NCBI GenBank assembly: GCA_003252195.1
Contig: QKFK01000194.1
Span: 1 to 45,262, forward strand
Reading direction: 5' to 3'
Length of the DNA: 45,262 nt
From: Rhodospirillales bacterium
GTDB taxonomy: Bacteria; Pseudomonadota; Alphaproteobacteria; QKFK01; SZUA-500
The notes under the pieces are model-generated. The model was not told the origin of the DNA. It made no database searches and saw only the letters and a program-made list of their open reading frames with translations. Within the stretch, counting starts at the first letter, position 1. Every line of letters begins with the position of its first letter. The position numbers and the translations under genes are program-made. Below, in pieces: positions 27,556 to 40,368 of the stretch.

Positions 27556-28014
27556 ATGACAGAAAATACAGAAATGTTGTCTTACAATATTGATGAAATC
27601 ACAAAAATGATTCCACACAGATACCCATTCTTGCTCGTTGATAAAGTTGAGCAAGTTGTGCTTAATGAAAAAGCTGTTGGTATTAAAAATGTTACTATGA
27701 ATGAACCTTTCTTCCCTGGTCACTTCCCTGGTCACCCAGTTATGCCTGGTGTTTTGATTGTTGAATCTATGGCTCAAACATCAGCTGTATTGGTTGTTGG
27801 TTCAATGGGTGAACAATTAGCAGGTAAAGTTGTTTATTTTATGAGCATTGATGGTGTGCGTTTCCGTAAGCCAGTTCGCCCAGGTGATAGATTAGAACTT
27901 CATGTTACTAAAGAACGCTCAAGAGGCACTGTATGGAAATTTATTGGCGAAGCTAAAGTTGATGGCAAAACAGTTGCAGAAGCAAACTTCTCAGCTATGA
28001 TTATGGACAATTAG
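27556..28014 (+). CDS. fabZ: 3-hydroxyacyl-ACP dehydratase FabZ
   Basis: [13 protein letters not shown]...[26 protein letters not shown]. Confidence 0.96.
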   Translation: MTENTEMLSYNIDEITKMIPHRYPFLLVDKVEQVVLNEKAVGIKNVTMNEPFFPGHFPGHPVMPGVLIVESMAQTSAVLVVGSMGEQLAGKVVYFMSIDGVRFRKPVRPGDRLELHVTKERSRGTVWKFIGEAKVDGKTVAEANFSAMIMDN

Positions 28015-28015
28015 T

Positions 28016-28801
28016 ATGGCAAATATTCATCCAACTGCGGTAATTGAATCTGGTGCTCAGATTGCAGAATCCGCAACTATTGGACCATTTTGCGTAATTG
28101 GCCCTTCTGTTACTATCGGTGAGAATGTAGAGCTTCGTTCTAACGTAGTTGTTGCAGGTAAAACCACTATTGGCGAAGGCACAAAAGTATTTCCTTTTGC
28201 TGTTCTTGGTCAAGGCGCTCAACATCTAAAATATATGGATATTGAAGCTGAGCTTATTATTGGTAAAAACAATGTAATCCGTGAGCATGTTACAATGCAC
28301 TTAGGAACACCAATTGATAAATCTAGAACAATCGTTGGTGATAATGGCTTGTTTATGGTAAACTCACACATAGCTCATGATTGTGTCGTTGGTAATAATG
28401 TTATTATGACAAATAATGCTGTTATTGGTGGACATGTTCATTTGAATGACTACGTTATTCTAGGAGGCAATAGCGCGGTTCATCAGTTCTGCCGAGTAGG
28501 TAAACATGCTATGGTTGGTGGAATGAGTGGTGTAGAGCAAGATGTAATCCCTTACGGCATGGTTATTGGCGATAGAGCCAGATTAAACGGACTTAACGTA
28601 ATTGGTTTGAAACGTCGTGGCTTTACTCGTGACGAAATTAAGAGCCTTAGAGGTGCGTATCGTATGCTCTTTGCTAAAGAGGGTACATTTGCCGAAAGAC
28701 TTGAAGATACCTCCAATATGTTTGCTAATATTGAGCCGGTAATGGATATCGTAAACTTTATGAAAGAAGATTCTAGCCGTCCAGTATGTCAGCCTGAATA
28801 G
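28016..28801 (+). CDS. lpxA: Acyl-ACP--UDP-N-acetylglucosamine O-acyltransferase
   Basis: MANIHPTAVIESGAQIAE... is followed by hexapeptide repeats, then the helical C-terminal domain. 261 aa. Confidence 0.95.
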   Translation: MANIHPTAVIESGAQIAESATIGPFCVIGPSVTIGENVELRSNVVVAGKTTIGEGTKVFPFAVLGQGAQHLKYMDIEAELIIGKNNVIREHVTMHLGTPIDKSRTIVGDNGLFMVNSHIAHDCVVGNNVIMTNNAVIGGHVHLNDYVILGGNSAVHQFCRVGKHAMVGGMSGVEQDVIPYGMVIGDRARLNGLNVIGLKRRGFTRDEIKSLRGAYRMLFAKEGTFAERLEDTSNMFANIEPVMDIVNFMKEDSSRPVCQPE

Positions 28802-28820
28802 GAAAATTAAGGAGAATAAG

Positions 28821-29771
28821 ATGGTTAATATTGTTGTATTAGATTCTTTTGCTGCCGACCAAGGTGAAACAAATCTTTGGGACGCTCTTAAATCTGTTGG
28901 TAATGTAGAAATATTTAATGATACTTCTGCAGCTGAATTTATTGCCAGAGCTAAAGATTTTGAAGTAATAGTTACTAATAAGGTGAATGTAGATAAAGCT
29001 GCTATGGAAGCTTTACCGAACCTTAAAATGGTGGCGGTAACCGCTACTGGTTTTAACAATGTTGACCTATCTTATGCCAAAGAAAGAGATATTGTAGTTT
29101 GCAATGTTCCTGCATATTCAACTGATTCAGTTGCTCAACTTACTATTGCATATATCTTAGATTATGCAATTGGAGTTAGAGAGCATAATAAGCAAGTTCA
29201 AGAAGGTAAGTGGAGCGGTTGTTTCTGCTTCTTTACTCAAAAGATTGTTGAGCTAGCTAGTAAAAAACTGGCTATTGTTGGTATGGGTAATATTGGTAGT
29301 AAGGTAAAACAAATTGCCGAAGCTATGGGAATGGAAGTTATAAACGCTGCTATTCCAGGTAGACCTCTTAAAGATGGCAAGGTTGAGCTAAAACAAGCTG
29401 TCGCAGATGCAGATTTTGTTAGCTTTAACTGCCCACTTAGTGAACAAACTAAAGAGCTCGCAAATAAAGAATTATTTGACGCATGTAAAGATGGTGCTGT
29501 TATCTTAAACCTTGCTCGTGGTGGCGTAGTTAAAGATAAAGACCTTCACCTTCTTGATGCTGTAAATAGTGGTAAAATCGCCAGAGCATATCTTGATGTG
29601 TTGGTTGATGAACCTCCTAAAAAAGATAACCTACTTGTGGGTCATAAAGATATTATCGTTACTCCTCACATTGCATGGGGTAGCTTTGAAGCTAGAAAAA
29701 GACTTATTGATACCACAATTGAAAATATCAAATGCTTTGCTCAAGGCAAGCCACAAAACAGGGTAGCATGA
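28821..29771 (+). CDS. D-isomer-specific 2-hydroxyacid dehydrogenase family protein (glycerate/hydroxypyruvate-reductase-like)
   Basis: 316 aa. It has the NAD fold LAIVGMGNIGSKV and the catalytic pattern LARGG...D-V...EP...TPHIAW. Its stop overlaps the lpxI start (ATGA). Confidence 0.8.
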   Translation: MVNIVVLDSFAADQGETNLWDALKSVGNVEIFNDTSAAEFIARAKDFEVIVTNKVNVDKAAMEALPNLKMVAVTATGFNNVDLSYAKERDIVVCNVPAYSTDSVAQLTIAYILDYAIGVREHNKQVQEGKWSGCFCFFTQKIVELASKKLAIVGMGNIGSKVKQIAEAMGMEVINAAIPGRPLKDGKVELKQAVADADFVSFNCPLSEQTKELANKELFDACKDGAVILNLARGGVVKDKDLHLLDAVNSGKIARAYLDVLVDEPPKKDNLLVGHKDIIVTPHIAWGSFEARKRLIDTTIENIKCFAQGKPQNRVA

Positions 29772-30607
29772 GCGAAGAAATAAAACCAAAATTAGGCATA
29801 ATTGCAGGCGGGGGAGAAATCCCTCGCATGCTTATTGAATTCTGCAAAAAAAGCGGAAGAGACTTTTATGTTGTTGCTCTTAAAGGCAATGCCAATAAAG
29901 CTGATATCACAGGTGATATTCCTCATAGTTGGTATCGCCTTGGTCATGCAGCTAAAATCTTAAAAGCATTCAAAGAGCAAAATGCTCCAGAGATTGTAAT
30001 GATTGGCACTGTGCGTCGCCCTTCATTCGCAGAGCTCAAACCAGATTTTGCCTCATTATGGCTGGCGTTAAAGGTTATGACCAAATCATTCGGTGATGAT
30101 GGTTTGTTAAGTGCTGTAGTGCATGAACTTGAGAATAGGGGTTTTGTTGTAAAAGGCATAGATGACATTATGCCTGACTTTTTAGCTCCTCATGGAATTC
30201 TTGGTAAGCATAAGCCAGATGAACAGGCATTAAAAGACATTGCTAAAGGTGTTGGTGTTGCTAAAGTTCTTGGTGCTGCCGATGTTGGTCAATCCGTAAT
30301 CATTCAGCAAGGTTTGGTGCTTGGGGTTGAGGCTATTGAAGGTACCGATAATTTAATCAAACGTTGTAAAGATTTACATCGTAAAGGCTTAGGCGGCGTT
30401 TTAGTTAAGCTCAAAAAGCCCGAGCAAGAACGCCGAGTTGATTTGCCGACCATTGGCGTTTCTACGGTTGAAAATGCTCATGCTTCATCTTTGCGTGGCA
30501 TAGCTGTTCACGCTGGTAATGCTTTGGTGGTTAATCATGGTGCATTGGTTAAAAAGGCTGATGAATTAGGCTTGTTTGTAATAGGGATTAACCCAGATGA
30601 GTTCTAA
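29768..30607 (+). CDS. lpxI: UDP-2,3-diacylglucosamine pyrophosphatase LpxI (DUF1009 family)
   Basis: MSEEIKPKLGIIAGGGEIPRML...VGQSVIIQQGLVLGVEAIEGTD. It occupies the lpxA-lpxB position typical of alphaproteobacteria. I start it at ATG 29768; the track ORF begins at an upstream in-frame codon (29732). Confidence 0.85.
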   Translation: MSEEIKPKLGIIAGGGEIPRMLIEFCKKSGRDFYVVALKGNANKADITGDIPHSWYRLGHAAKILKAFKEQNAPEIVMIGTVRRPSFAELKPDFASLWLALKVMTKSFGDDGLLSAVVHELENRGFVVKGIDDIMPDFLAPHGILGKHKPDEQALKDIAKGVGVAKVLGAADVGQSVIIQQGLVLGVEAIEGTDNLIKRCKDLHRKGLGGVLVKLKKPEQERRVDLPTIGVSTVENAHASSLRGIAVHAGNALVVNHGALVKKADELGLFVIGINPDEF

Positions 30608-31754
30608 TGCTCCTTTAATATATTTAATAGCTGGTGAGCCATCGGGCGATTTGCTTGGTGCAAGGTTAATGCGGGCGATTAAGGCTCAAAACCCCAATGC
30701 AGAATTTGCAGGTGTGGGGGGTGAGACTATGATAGAGGTAGGGTTGCCCAGCTTGTTTGATATTAAAGATTTAGCAATTATGGGGCTATTAGAAGTAGTG
30801 CCAAAAATCCCTAAAGTTTTATCTCTGATTAAACAAACAATAAAAGACATTGAGGCTAAAAAGCCAGATGTGATTGTAACTATCGATAGTTGGAGCTTTT
30901 GCTCACGCATCGCTAAAAAGCTAAAAGACAAAGGCAATAAAACTCATATCATTCATTATGTTGCACCACAAGTTTGGGCATGGAAAAAGAAACGCGCTAA
31001 AACTATGGGGGCTTATGTTGATGAGCTTTTAACCCTACTGCCATATGAAGATAAATATTTTACCCCTCATGGGCTTAAAACTACCTTTGTTGGTCACCCA
31101 GTTATAGAAGGCGGCGCAGATAAGGGCAAAGCAGGGGAGTTTAGAAGCAAATATCAAATCAAAGCTTATGAAGATGTTTTAATCGTTCTCCCAGGTAGTC
31201 GTCATAATGAGGTTTCAAAGCTTTTACCTGTGTTTGAAAAAGCGGTTGATAAGCTTTGTGCTAAGCATGAGAATCTACGCATCGTTATCCCAACGGTTGA
31301 TACAGTTGCCGAACATGTAAAAAAAGACACCGCTAAGTGGAAGCATAAGCCAATAATCATTCAAGGTGAATTTGCCCGTTATGATGCTTTTTCAGCGGCA
31401 AAAGCAGCTATTGCAGCATCTGGTACAGTTGCACTAGAGTTAGCTATTTGTGGTATTCCTCATTTGGTAGGATATATCATCAATCCAACAACATATTTCT
31501 TAGCTCGCAAGCTTATTAAAATTAAATATGTTAACCTCTCAAATATCATGCTCGATAAAGAAATTATCCCAGAGCTAATTCAAGAAAATTGCACGCCCGA
31601 AAAATTAGCCACTACGGCCGAAGCTTTGATGTATAACGAAACAACACGTCAAAAGCAACTAATGGGCATAGAAGAAGCTAAAATCGCCCTTGGCTATGGC
31701 AAAGATAGTCCATCGGCTAAGGCTGCTTCTGTTATCCTCTCATCAATATCTTAA
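30597..31754 (+). CDS. lpxB: Lipid-A-disaccharide synthase
   Basis: LIYLIAGEPSGDLLGARLM...YVAPQVWAWKKKR...LPGSRHNEV. It overlaps the end of lpxI by 11 nt. Confidence 0.95.
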   Translation: MSSNAPLIYLIAGEPSGDLLGARLMRAIKAQNPNAEFAGVGGETMIEVGLPSLFDIKDLAIMGLLEVVPKIPKVLSLIKQTIKDIEAKKPDVIVTIDSWSFCSRIAKKLKDKGNKTHIIHYVAPQVWAWKKKRAKTMGAYVDELLTLLPYEDKYFTPHGLKTTFVGHPVIEGGADKGKAGEFRSKYQIKAYEDVLIVLPGSRHNEVSKLLPVFEKAVDKLCAKHENLRIVIPTVDTVAEHVKKDTAKWKHKPIIIQGEFARYDAFSAAKAAIAASGTVALELAICGIPHLVGYIINPTTYFLARKLIKIKYVNLSNIMLDKEIIPELIQENCTPEKLATTAEALMYNETTRQKQLMGIEEAKIALGYGKDSPSAKAASVILSSIS

Positions 31755-31798
31755 AAAACGCATCTAACGCTCTATTAATGCGTCGCTTAGAATTTTTA

Positions 31799-32036
31799 CT
31801 TGTGTCATTTACGCAAAAGTAAACTCACAGCGTAAAAACTCTAAACTCCTGTTACTAGCCTCGTTAGCTGTGTTTTTGTGGGCAGGCGTTGCAAGTCATT
31901 TAGGTTTACTAAACTCATTTGCAAAATATTTATACTCCTAATACTCGCCTAATCCACCGTGAATTTATGCGATGTTGGCTTGTGTCATTTACTCTCTAAA
32001 TACTCACCTGATCCATCGTGATTTAGGTTGGTGCGA
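31799..32036. repeat. Degenerate direct repeats in the lpxB-downstream intergenic region
   Basis: The 14-mer cttgtgtcatttac occurs at 31799-31812 and 31979-31992. Two units of about 46 nt (31933-31978, tactcctaatactcgcctaatccaccgtgaatttatgcgatgttgg, and 31990-32036, tactctctaaatactcacctgatccatcgtgatttaggttggtgcg) align with a few substitutions and indels. The GTCATTTA core recurs at 31897. Confidence 0.6.
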
Positions 32037-32056
32037 CTTTTGTTTCTTAGCATAAG

Positions 32057-32413
32057 TTATAGGGTGTTAAAATAAGTTACGAGAAGCGATATAAACAGTA
32101 AGAAAGCGCTAAGTATGACTAGAAGATATCGGGTAACTGTTAGGGCGTTTTTGTTGAATATTTTTTTATATATATGAGTAAAAAAGTAGCTGCATATAAG
32201 AGTTATCAATGTGTATGTGAGTAGAGGGAAATATTGATTTATTTCACCTAGTTTGCCTAGGTAGATTCGTTTGTTATTTGCGCTTGTAAGCTCTTGTGCG
32301 TAGAAGTAAATATACCAGATGTTTATCTTATAGAATAACGCTAAGACCAATATAAATAATATATTGGGAATGATATGTATTAGTTGAAGAATTATCTTAT
32401 TTGTTTTCATCAT
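32057..32413 (-). CDS. Hypothetical small membrane protein (about 3 TM helices)
   Basis: 118 aa, very hydrophobic and AT-rich. It overlaps the 3' end of ftsB by 17 nt, so it is probably co-transcribed. Confidence 0.45.
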   Translation of the reverse strand: MMKTNKIILQLIHIIPNILFILVLALFYKINIWYIYFYAQELTSANNKRIYLGKLGEINQYFPLLTYTLITLICSYFFTHIYKKIFNKNALTVTRYLLVILSAFLLFISLLVTYFNTL

Positions 32414-32720
32414 ATAAAATGACGACTTCGTTTGATTTGCCCATGTTTAAGACAGCACGGGAGCGTTCTTCTAGCAAATCTAAGTCTAAGCTTTCTGGTG
32501 AGAGGAGTTTTACTTCTTTTTCTAAGCTTTGGCGTTCTTGTTTATATTTAAGGGCGATTTTTTGAGTTTCTGCTATTTCTTTTTTTAGGGCATAATATCT
32601 GCGAATCCCTCTTTCTCCATTAACGGCATGGTAGCCGAAATATACGAGTAGCAACATACCAAGTAGTGGCATAGACGCATATCGCATACGACGTTGGATT
32701 TCAGAGGCTATATTCTGCAT
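32397..32720 (-). CDS. ftsB: Cell-division protein FtsB/DivIC (septum formation initiator family)
   Basis: 107 aa. One N-terminal TM helix (MPLLGMLLLVYFGYHAV) is followed by a coiled coil (YYALKKEIAETQKIALKYKQERQSLEKEV) and LLEERSR. It is in the conserved position downstream of eno. Confidence 0.8.
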   Translation of the reverse strand: MQNIASEIQRRMRYASMPLLGMLLLVYFGYHAVNGERGIRRYYALKKEIAETQKIALKYKQERQSLEKEVKLLSPESLDLDLLEERSRAVLNMGKSNEVVILYDENK

Positions 32721-32860
32721 TTTCTAACGCTTTTGTCCTTAAAATAAAACAAGCTTTCTGGCTAAGAGGAGAAGTTGTTATTTATCTCCATATATTTATA
32801 ACAGCAGATAAAGCTTAATAACATCTTTACGGAATCAAGATTCATGGAAATTTGCACATA

Positions 32861-32896
32861 AAAAAAGAGAGAGCAAAGAGCTCTCTCTATTTTTTA
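32861..32896 (-). terminator. Hairpin terminator/attenuator between eno and ftsB (bidirectional-looking)
   Basis: A 9-bp stem pairs agagagagc (32866-32874) with gctctctct (32880-32888). A6 lies on one side and T-rich sequence on the other. Confidence 0.6.
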
Positions 32897-32913
32897 GCTT
32901 TATGTAAGATTAC

Positions 32914-34227
<1,314 letters not shown>

Positions 34228-34268
34228 TTATTTGTTAGATTGAAACTGCTTCGTTTGTATAACTTTTA

Positions 34269-35108
34269 TTAGCCAATTTCAAGTGTTGATTTTGCTAAAT
34301 TGTCAAACGCTTGTAAGTTTAGTAAAACTTTTTCCATATCAGATAATTTTATAGAATTTGGACCATCTGAAAATGCTTCATCTGGGTTATCGTGTGTTTC
34401 TAAGAAAACAGCTGCAATTCCAGTAGATAATGCACATCTTGCTAAAACTGGAGCAAATTCTCTTTGTCCACCTGTTGAAGAACCCTTGCCTCCTGGTTGT
34501 TGAACAGCGTGAGTCGCATCCATAATTACTGGGCAACCTGTGCTTTTTACCATTTCAGGAAGACCTCTCATGTCAACAACTAATGTGTTATAACCAAAGC
34601 TTGTTCCACGCTCTGTTAAACAAACATTGTCGTTGCCAGAATCTTGAACTTTTTTAACTATGTTATTAACGTCCCAAGGTGCTAAAAACTGACCTTTCTT
34701 AACGTTCACAATTTTCCCTGTTTTAGCAGCTGCTACTACTAAATCTGTTTGACGGCACAAGAACGCAGGTATTTGAAGCATATCAACTACTTTTGCAACT
34801 TCTTCACATTGTGAAGACTCGTGAACATCGGTTACGATTGGCAAGTTGTATCTTTTTTTGATTTCTTCAAATGTTTTTAAGCCTTCTTCCATACCAACGC
34901 CACGGTGAGCATTAATAGATGTTCTATTTGCTTTATCAAAAGATGCTTTGTAAATATATTTCATGCCAATCTTTTCAGTGATTTCTTTCATCTGATGAGC
35001 CATTTCAATAGCATGTTCATGAGATTCGATTTGGCATGGACCACTTATAAGTGTCATAGGCAAGTCGTTACCAATTTCAAAATTACCGATTTTAATGTGT
35101 TTTTGCAT
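34269..35108 (-). CDS. kdsA: 3-deoxy-8-phosphooctulonate synthase
   Basis: LISGPCQIES...YKASFDKANRTS...DATHAVQQPGG. Confidence 0.95.
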   Translation of the reverse strand: MQKHIKIGNFEIGNDLPMTLISGPCQIESHEHAIEMAHQMKEITEKIGMKYIYKASFDKANRTSINAHRGVGMEEGLKTFEEIKKRYNLPIVTDVHESSQCEEVAKVVDMLQIPAFLCRQTDLVVAAAKTGKIVNVKKGQFLAPWDVNNIVKKVQDSGNDNVCLTERGTSFGYNTLVVDMRGLPEMVKSTGCPVIMDATHAVQQPGGKGSSTGGQREFAPVLARCALSTGIAAVFLETHDNPDEAFSDGPNSIKLSDMEKVLLNLQAFDNLAKSTLEIG

Positions 35109-35122
35109 ATATAATATCTTTC

Positions 35123-37176
<2,054 letters not shown>

Positions 37177-37249
37177 GTTTTTACGTCCTTAAAAGTTTTT
37201 ATAATTTACCGTAAAATATCCGAGTATTTCGAATATGTCTATCAGTTTT

Positions 37250-38008
37250 TTAAATACAGCTGTCAACAATGCCCCAGAAGTCATCTGCTTTTAAGCTAGC
37301 ACCGCCAACTAAAGCACCGTCAACATCTGGAAGAGGCATAAATTCAGAAGCATTTGTAGGTTTAACAGAACCACCGTAAAGAATTCTTGTTTTTGCAGCT
37401 TCTGCACCGATAACTTCGGTTAAAGCTTTTCTAACCTCTGCGTGAACTTCTTGTACGTCAGCAGTTGTAGGTGTTCTGCCTGTACCGATAGCCCATACTG
37501 GCTCATAAGCAATAACAGTGTTTTCTGCAGTTGATTCAGCAGGAACAGAACCTTTGATTTGTGAAGCACAAACATCAATAGTTTTGTTAGCGTCGCGTTC
37601 AGCTTCTGTTTCACCAATGCAGATAATAGCTTTTAAGCCAGCTTTAATAGCAGCTGAAGCTTTAGCTTTTACAACTTCGTTAGTTTCTTTGTGGTCTGTT
37701 CTGCGTTCTGAGTGACCAAGAATAACATATTCACAACCTGCATCTTTAATCATAACAGGGCTTGTGTCACCAGTGTGAGCACCTGTTTCATTCATATGGC
37801 AATCTTGAGCGCCAACACTTAATTTGCTACCTTCTGCTTTTTGAGCAATAGCAGCAACTAATGTCATAGGAGGGCACACTAAAACATCACAATTAGGTGA
37901 TGCAACTTTGTTTAGGCGTGTAGCAATTTCTCCTGCAAGAGCCAAACCGTCTTTAGTAAGACCGTTCATTTTCCAGTTTCCTGCGATTAAAGGGCGTCTG
38001 TTTGACAT
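37250..38008 (-). CDS. tpiA: Triosephosphate isomerase
   Basis: [11 protein letters not shown]...ILGHSERR...[11 protein letters not shown]...ILYGGSV. Confidence 0.96.
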   Translation of the reverse strand: MSNRRPLIAGNWKMNGLTKDGLALAGEIATRLNKVASPNCDVLVCPPMTLVAAIAQKAEGSKLSVGAQDCHMNETGAHTGDTSPVMIKDAGCEYVILGHSERRTDHKETNEVVKAKASAAIKAGLKAIICIGETEAERDANKTIDVCASQIKGSVPAESTAENTVIAYEPVWAIGTGRTPTTADVQEVHAEVRKALTEVIGAEAAKTRILYGGSVKPTNASEFMPLPDVDGALVGGASLKADDFWGIVDSCI

Positions 38009-38205
38009 AGTTATGAATCCTTAAAGTTTAATGTTAATCCAAAATATTTATCATGTTCTAACATAAAGAAATTTGATTTTCCATAGTTAGATTTTTGTTT
38101 TCCACATTATATAAAGGTGTTCAAAAGTCAAAAAGCTTGTTGCACTATTTGTTTTGCGCCTTTATCATCGCGGTAAATTTGTGTTTCTATATAATTTGGG
38201 GTTGA

Positions 38206-40104
38206 ATGATGATAGAAAAATTAAGAAAATTCCAAGAATCTTGGCTAATGAAAGTTGTGTTGGGTTTAACTGCTTTGAGCTTTATGTCTTTATTTGGCGT
38301 TAGCTCATATGTTAGTCAGATAGGTAAAAACAAACCTGTAATTGAGGTTGGTAGTAAAAGAATATATATGTCTGATATTCTTACTCAATTCCGCAGAGAT
38401 ATTACTGCAATGCAATATGTGTTTGGTGGCAATCTAGATGAAAAAACGGCTGTTAACATGGGTTTGTTTGACAATACAGTCAAAAATACTATCTCAAGAA
38501 CAATTGTTGAAGGCGCAAGTGATGATATGGGCTTGAGCATTAGTGATGATGCAATACGTGCTCGTATTTTTTCAACTCCAGACTTTTTAGATAAGGATGG
38601 AAACTTTGATAGACGCTTGTTTAATACATTTTTAGATAGAACAGGTTGGAATGAAAACCAATATATTGAAGCATATCGCTCGGATATTAAAAGAGACCAC
38701 GTTTTAAGAATGGTTGCTACAGATATAAATGTTCCTAATATATTAGCTGAGAATATTTATAAGAAGCGCTATGAAAAACGTACTGTAGATATTATTAATG
38801 TTAATGCTGCAAATATGAAAGTTACAGCATCTCCAACCAAAGAAGAGTTAGAAGGTTATTATGAAGACAATAAAGCTTCGTATATGATGCCAGAATTGCG
38901 TTCAGCCTCTGTTATGGTGTTAACACCAGATGATTTAATGAAAAGCATTGAGATATCTGATGCAGAAGTTGATGAGTTGTATAATAAAAATATTGATGAA
39001 TACACAACTCCAGAAAAACGTTTGGTAAATCAAATGATTTTTGATTTGGATTCTAAAGCTAAAGTTGATGATGCTTACGCAAAGCTTCAAAAAGGCGAGA
39101 GCTTTGTGAAAGTGGCTGCTGACCTTGCTGGGCAGAGTGAAAAAGATACATCGCTTGGTTTGGTTGCAAAGAACGAGTTAACAGCAGAAAGTAGTGAACA
39201 AGTTTTCTCTTTAGCCAAAGGTGAATATACAGCTCCATTTAAGTCTCAATTTGGCTGGCATATTATGCAAGTTGTTGATATTCAGAAATCTACTAAACAA
39301 GATACAAACGTAGTTAAATCAGAGTTGAAAAATAATTTGAAGCTACAAAAAGCTTATGATGGTTTGTATGATAAATCCAGAGAAGTTAAAGATGCTTTGG
39401 GTGCAGGTGATAAGTTAGAAGATATAGCTTCTAGATTTAATCTACCTGTGATTAAAGTTTCAAAAGTATCTTATGATGAATTGGCAAGTGGTAAAGCTTA
39501 TAAAAAAGAATGGCCAAATGTTATAAAAAACTCAGCTCTAGCTGGAGAAATTTATAACGGAATAATTGGTGAGAATAGCAACTTGGTTGAGACGGAAGGT
39601 GGTATGTTTATGGTTCGTCTTGATGATATTAAAGATGCAGAACCAAAGACCTTTGCTTCAGTTAAATCAGACCTAGAAAAAATGTGGCTTGATGATGAAA
39701 AATTGAAGCAAACTAGAGATGTGTCTTCTAAGATTCAAGAAGCTATTGAAAATGGAGCTGATTTTGCAACTATTGCTTCTAAATATGGCTTGAAATCAAC
39801 AAGTCTTACCTTAACTCATTTTGATACGGATAAGCTAGATGCTACAGCTACAGCACGCTTGTTTACATTGTCTAAAGGTGATGTGGATAAGGTGCCAACT
39901 AATGATGGTTATGTAGTGATTAAAATGCTTAAGTCTCAAATACCAACTGCAAATGCAAAAGATATTGCTAAGATTAAAGAGACTATCAAAAAATCTGAGC
40001 AAAAGGATATGGCTTCAACATTGATTATGGATTTGAGCTCTAGGTTTAAGGTTGAAATCGATAGGGAGCAGATTGATAATTATAAAAAGGGCTTTATGCA
40101 ATAA
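38206..40104 (+). CDS. ppiD: Periplasmic chaperone / peptidyl-prolyl isomerase PpiD-like (SurA-N plus parvulin domains)
   Basis: 632 aa. An N-terminal TM anchor (VVLGLTALSFMSLFGV) and a SurA-N-like helical region are followed by a parvulin core (...FKSQFGWHIMQVVD). Confidence 0.75.
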   Translation: MMIEKLRKFQESWLMKVVLGLTALSFMSLFGVSSYVSQIGKNKPVIEVGSKRIYMSDILTQFRRDITAMQYVFGGNLDEKTAVNMGLFDNTVKNTISRTIVEGASDDMGLSISDDAIRARIFSTPDFLDKDGNFDRRLFNTFLDRTGWNENQYIEAYRSDIKRDHVLRMVATDINVPNILAENIYKKRYEKRTVDIINVNAANMKVTASPTKEELEGYYEDNKASYMMPELRSASVMVLTPDDLMKSIEISDAEVDELYNKNIDEYTTPEKRLVNQMIFDLDSKAKVDDAYAKLQKGESFVKVAADLAGQSEKDTSLGLVAKNELTAESSEQVFSLAKGEYTAPFKSQFGWHIMQVVDIQKSTKQDTNVVKSELKNNLKLQKAYDGLYDKSREVKDALGAGDKLEDIASRFNLPVIKVSKVSYDELASGKAYKKEWPNVIKNSALAGEIYNGIIGENSNLVETEGGMFMVRLDDIKDAEPKTFASVKSDLEKMWLDDEKLKQTRDVSSKIQEAIENGADFATIASKYGLKSTSLTLTHFDTDKLDATATARLFTLSKGDVDKVPTNDGYVVIKMLKSQIPTANAKDIAKIKETIKKSEQKDMASTLIMDLSSRFKVEIDREQIDNYKKGFMQ

Positions 40105-40107
40105 TGA

Positions 40108-40138
40108 TAAAAAAGACCGCTTAAAGCGGTCTTTTTTT
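40108..40138 (+). terminator. Rho-independent terminator after ppiD
   Basis: The stem pairs agaccgc (40114-40120) with gcggtct (40125-40131) around a ttaa loop. It is flanked by A6 and T7. Confidence 0.85.
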
Positions 40139-40368
40139 ATGAGCTAAATATAGTATAGTCAGAACTTATGTTAAGCGAGGGCTTGTTATTATGTTTTGAG
40201 CGTAACACTACCAGCTTAGGTAATTAAAAATATAGACAATCTAGTGTTTTCTCCATTTTCTAGTAATGAAGGAGTGTATATAGGAAACTAAAGTAACTGC
40301 GTTTATCACTGGATTTAAAATAATTGGCTAGTGATGTGGTGTTAATATAAGCTCATTATCTTCATTTG

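Noticed and set aside
27170-27777. Minus-strand ORFs of 122 aa and 83 aa over the lpxD 3' end and the fabZ 5' end
   Set aside because: They are antisense to well-supported lipid A and fatty-acid genes, and their His/Asn/Ile-rich products are not convincing.
28583-29059. 158-aa minus-strand ORF spanning the lpxA/2-HADH junction
   Set aside because: It is antisense to two supported genes and has no start context.
31799-32036. Possible CRISPR array
   Set aside because: There are only two or three degenerate units with irregular spacing. There are no conserved repeat/unique-spacer alternation and no cas genes in the window.
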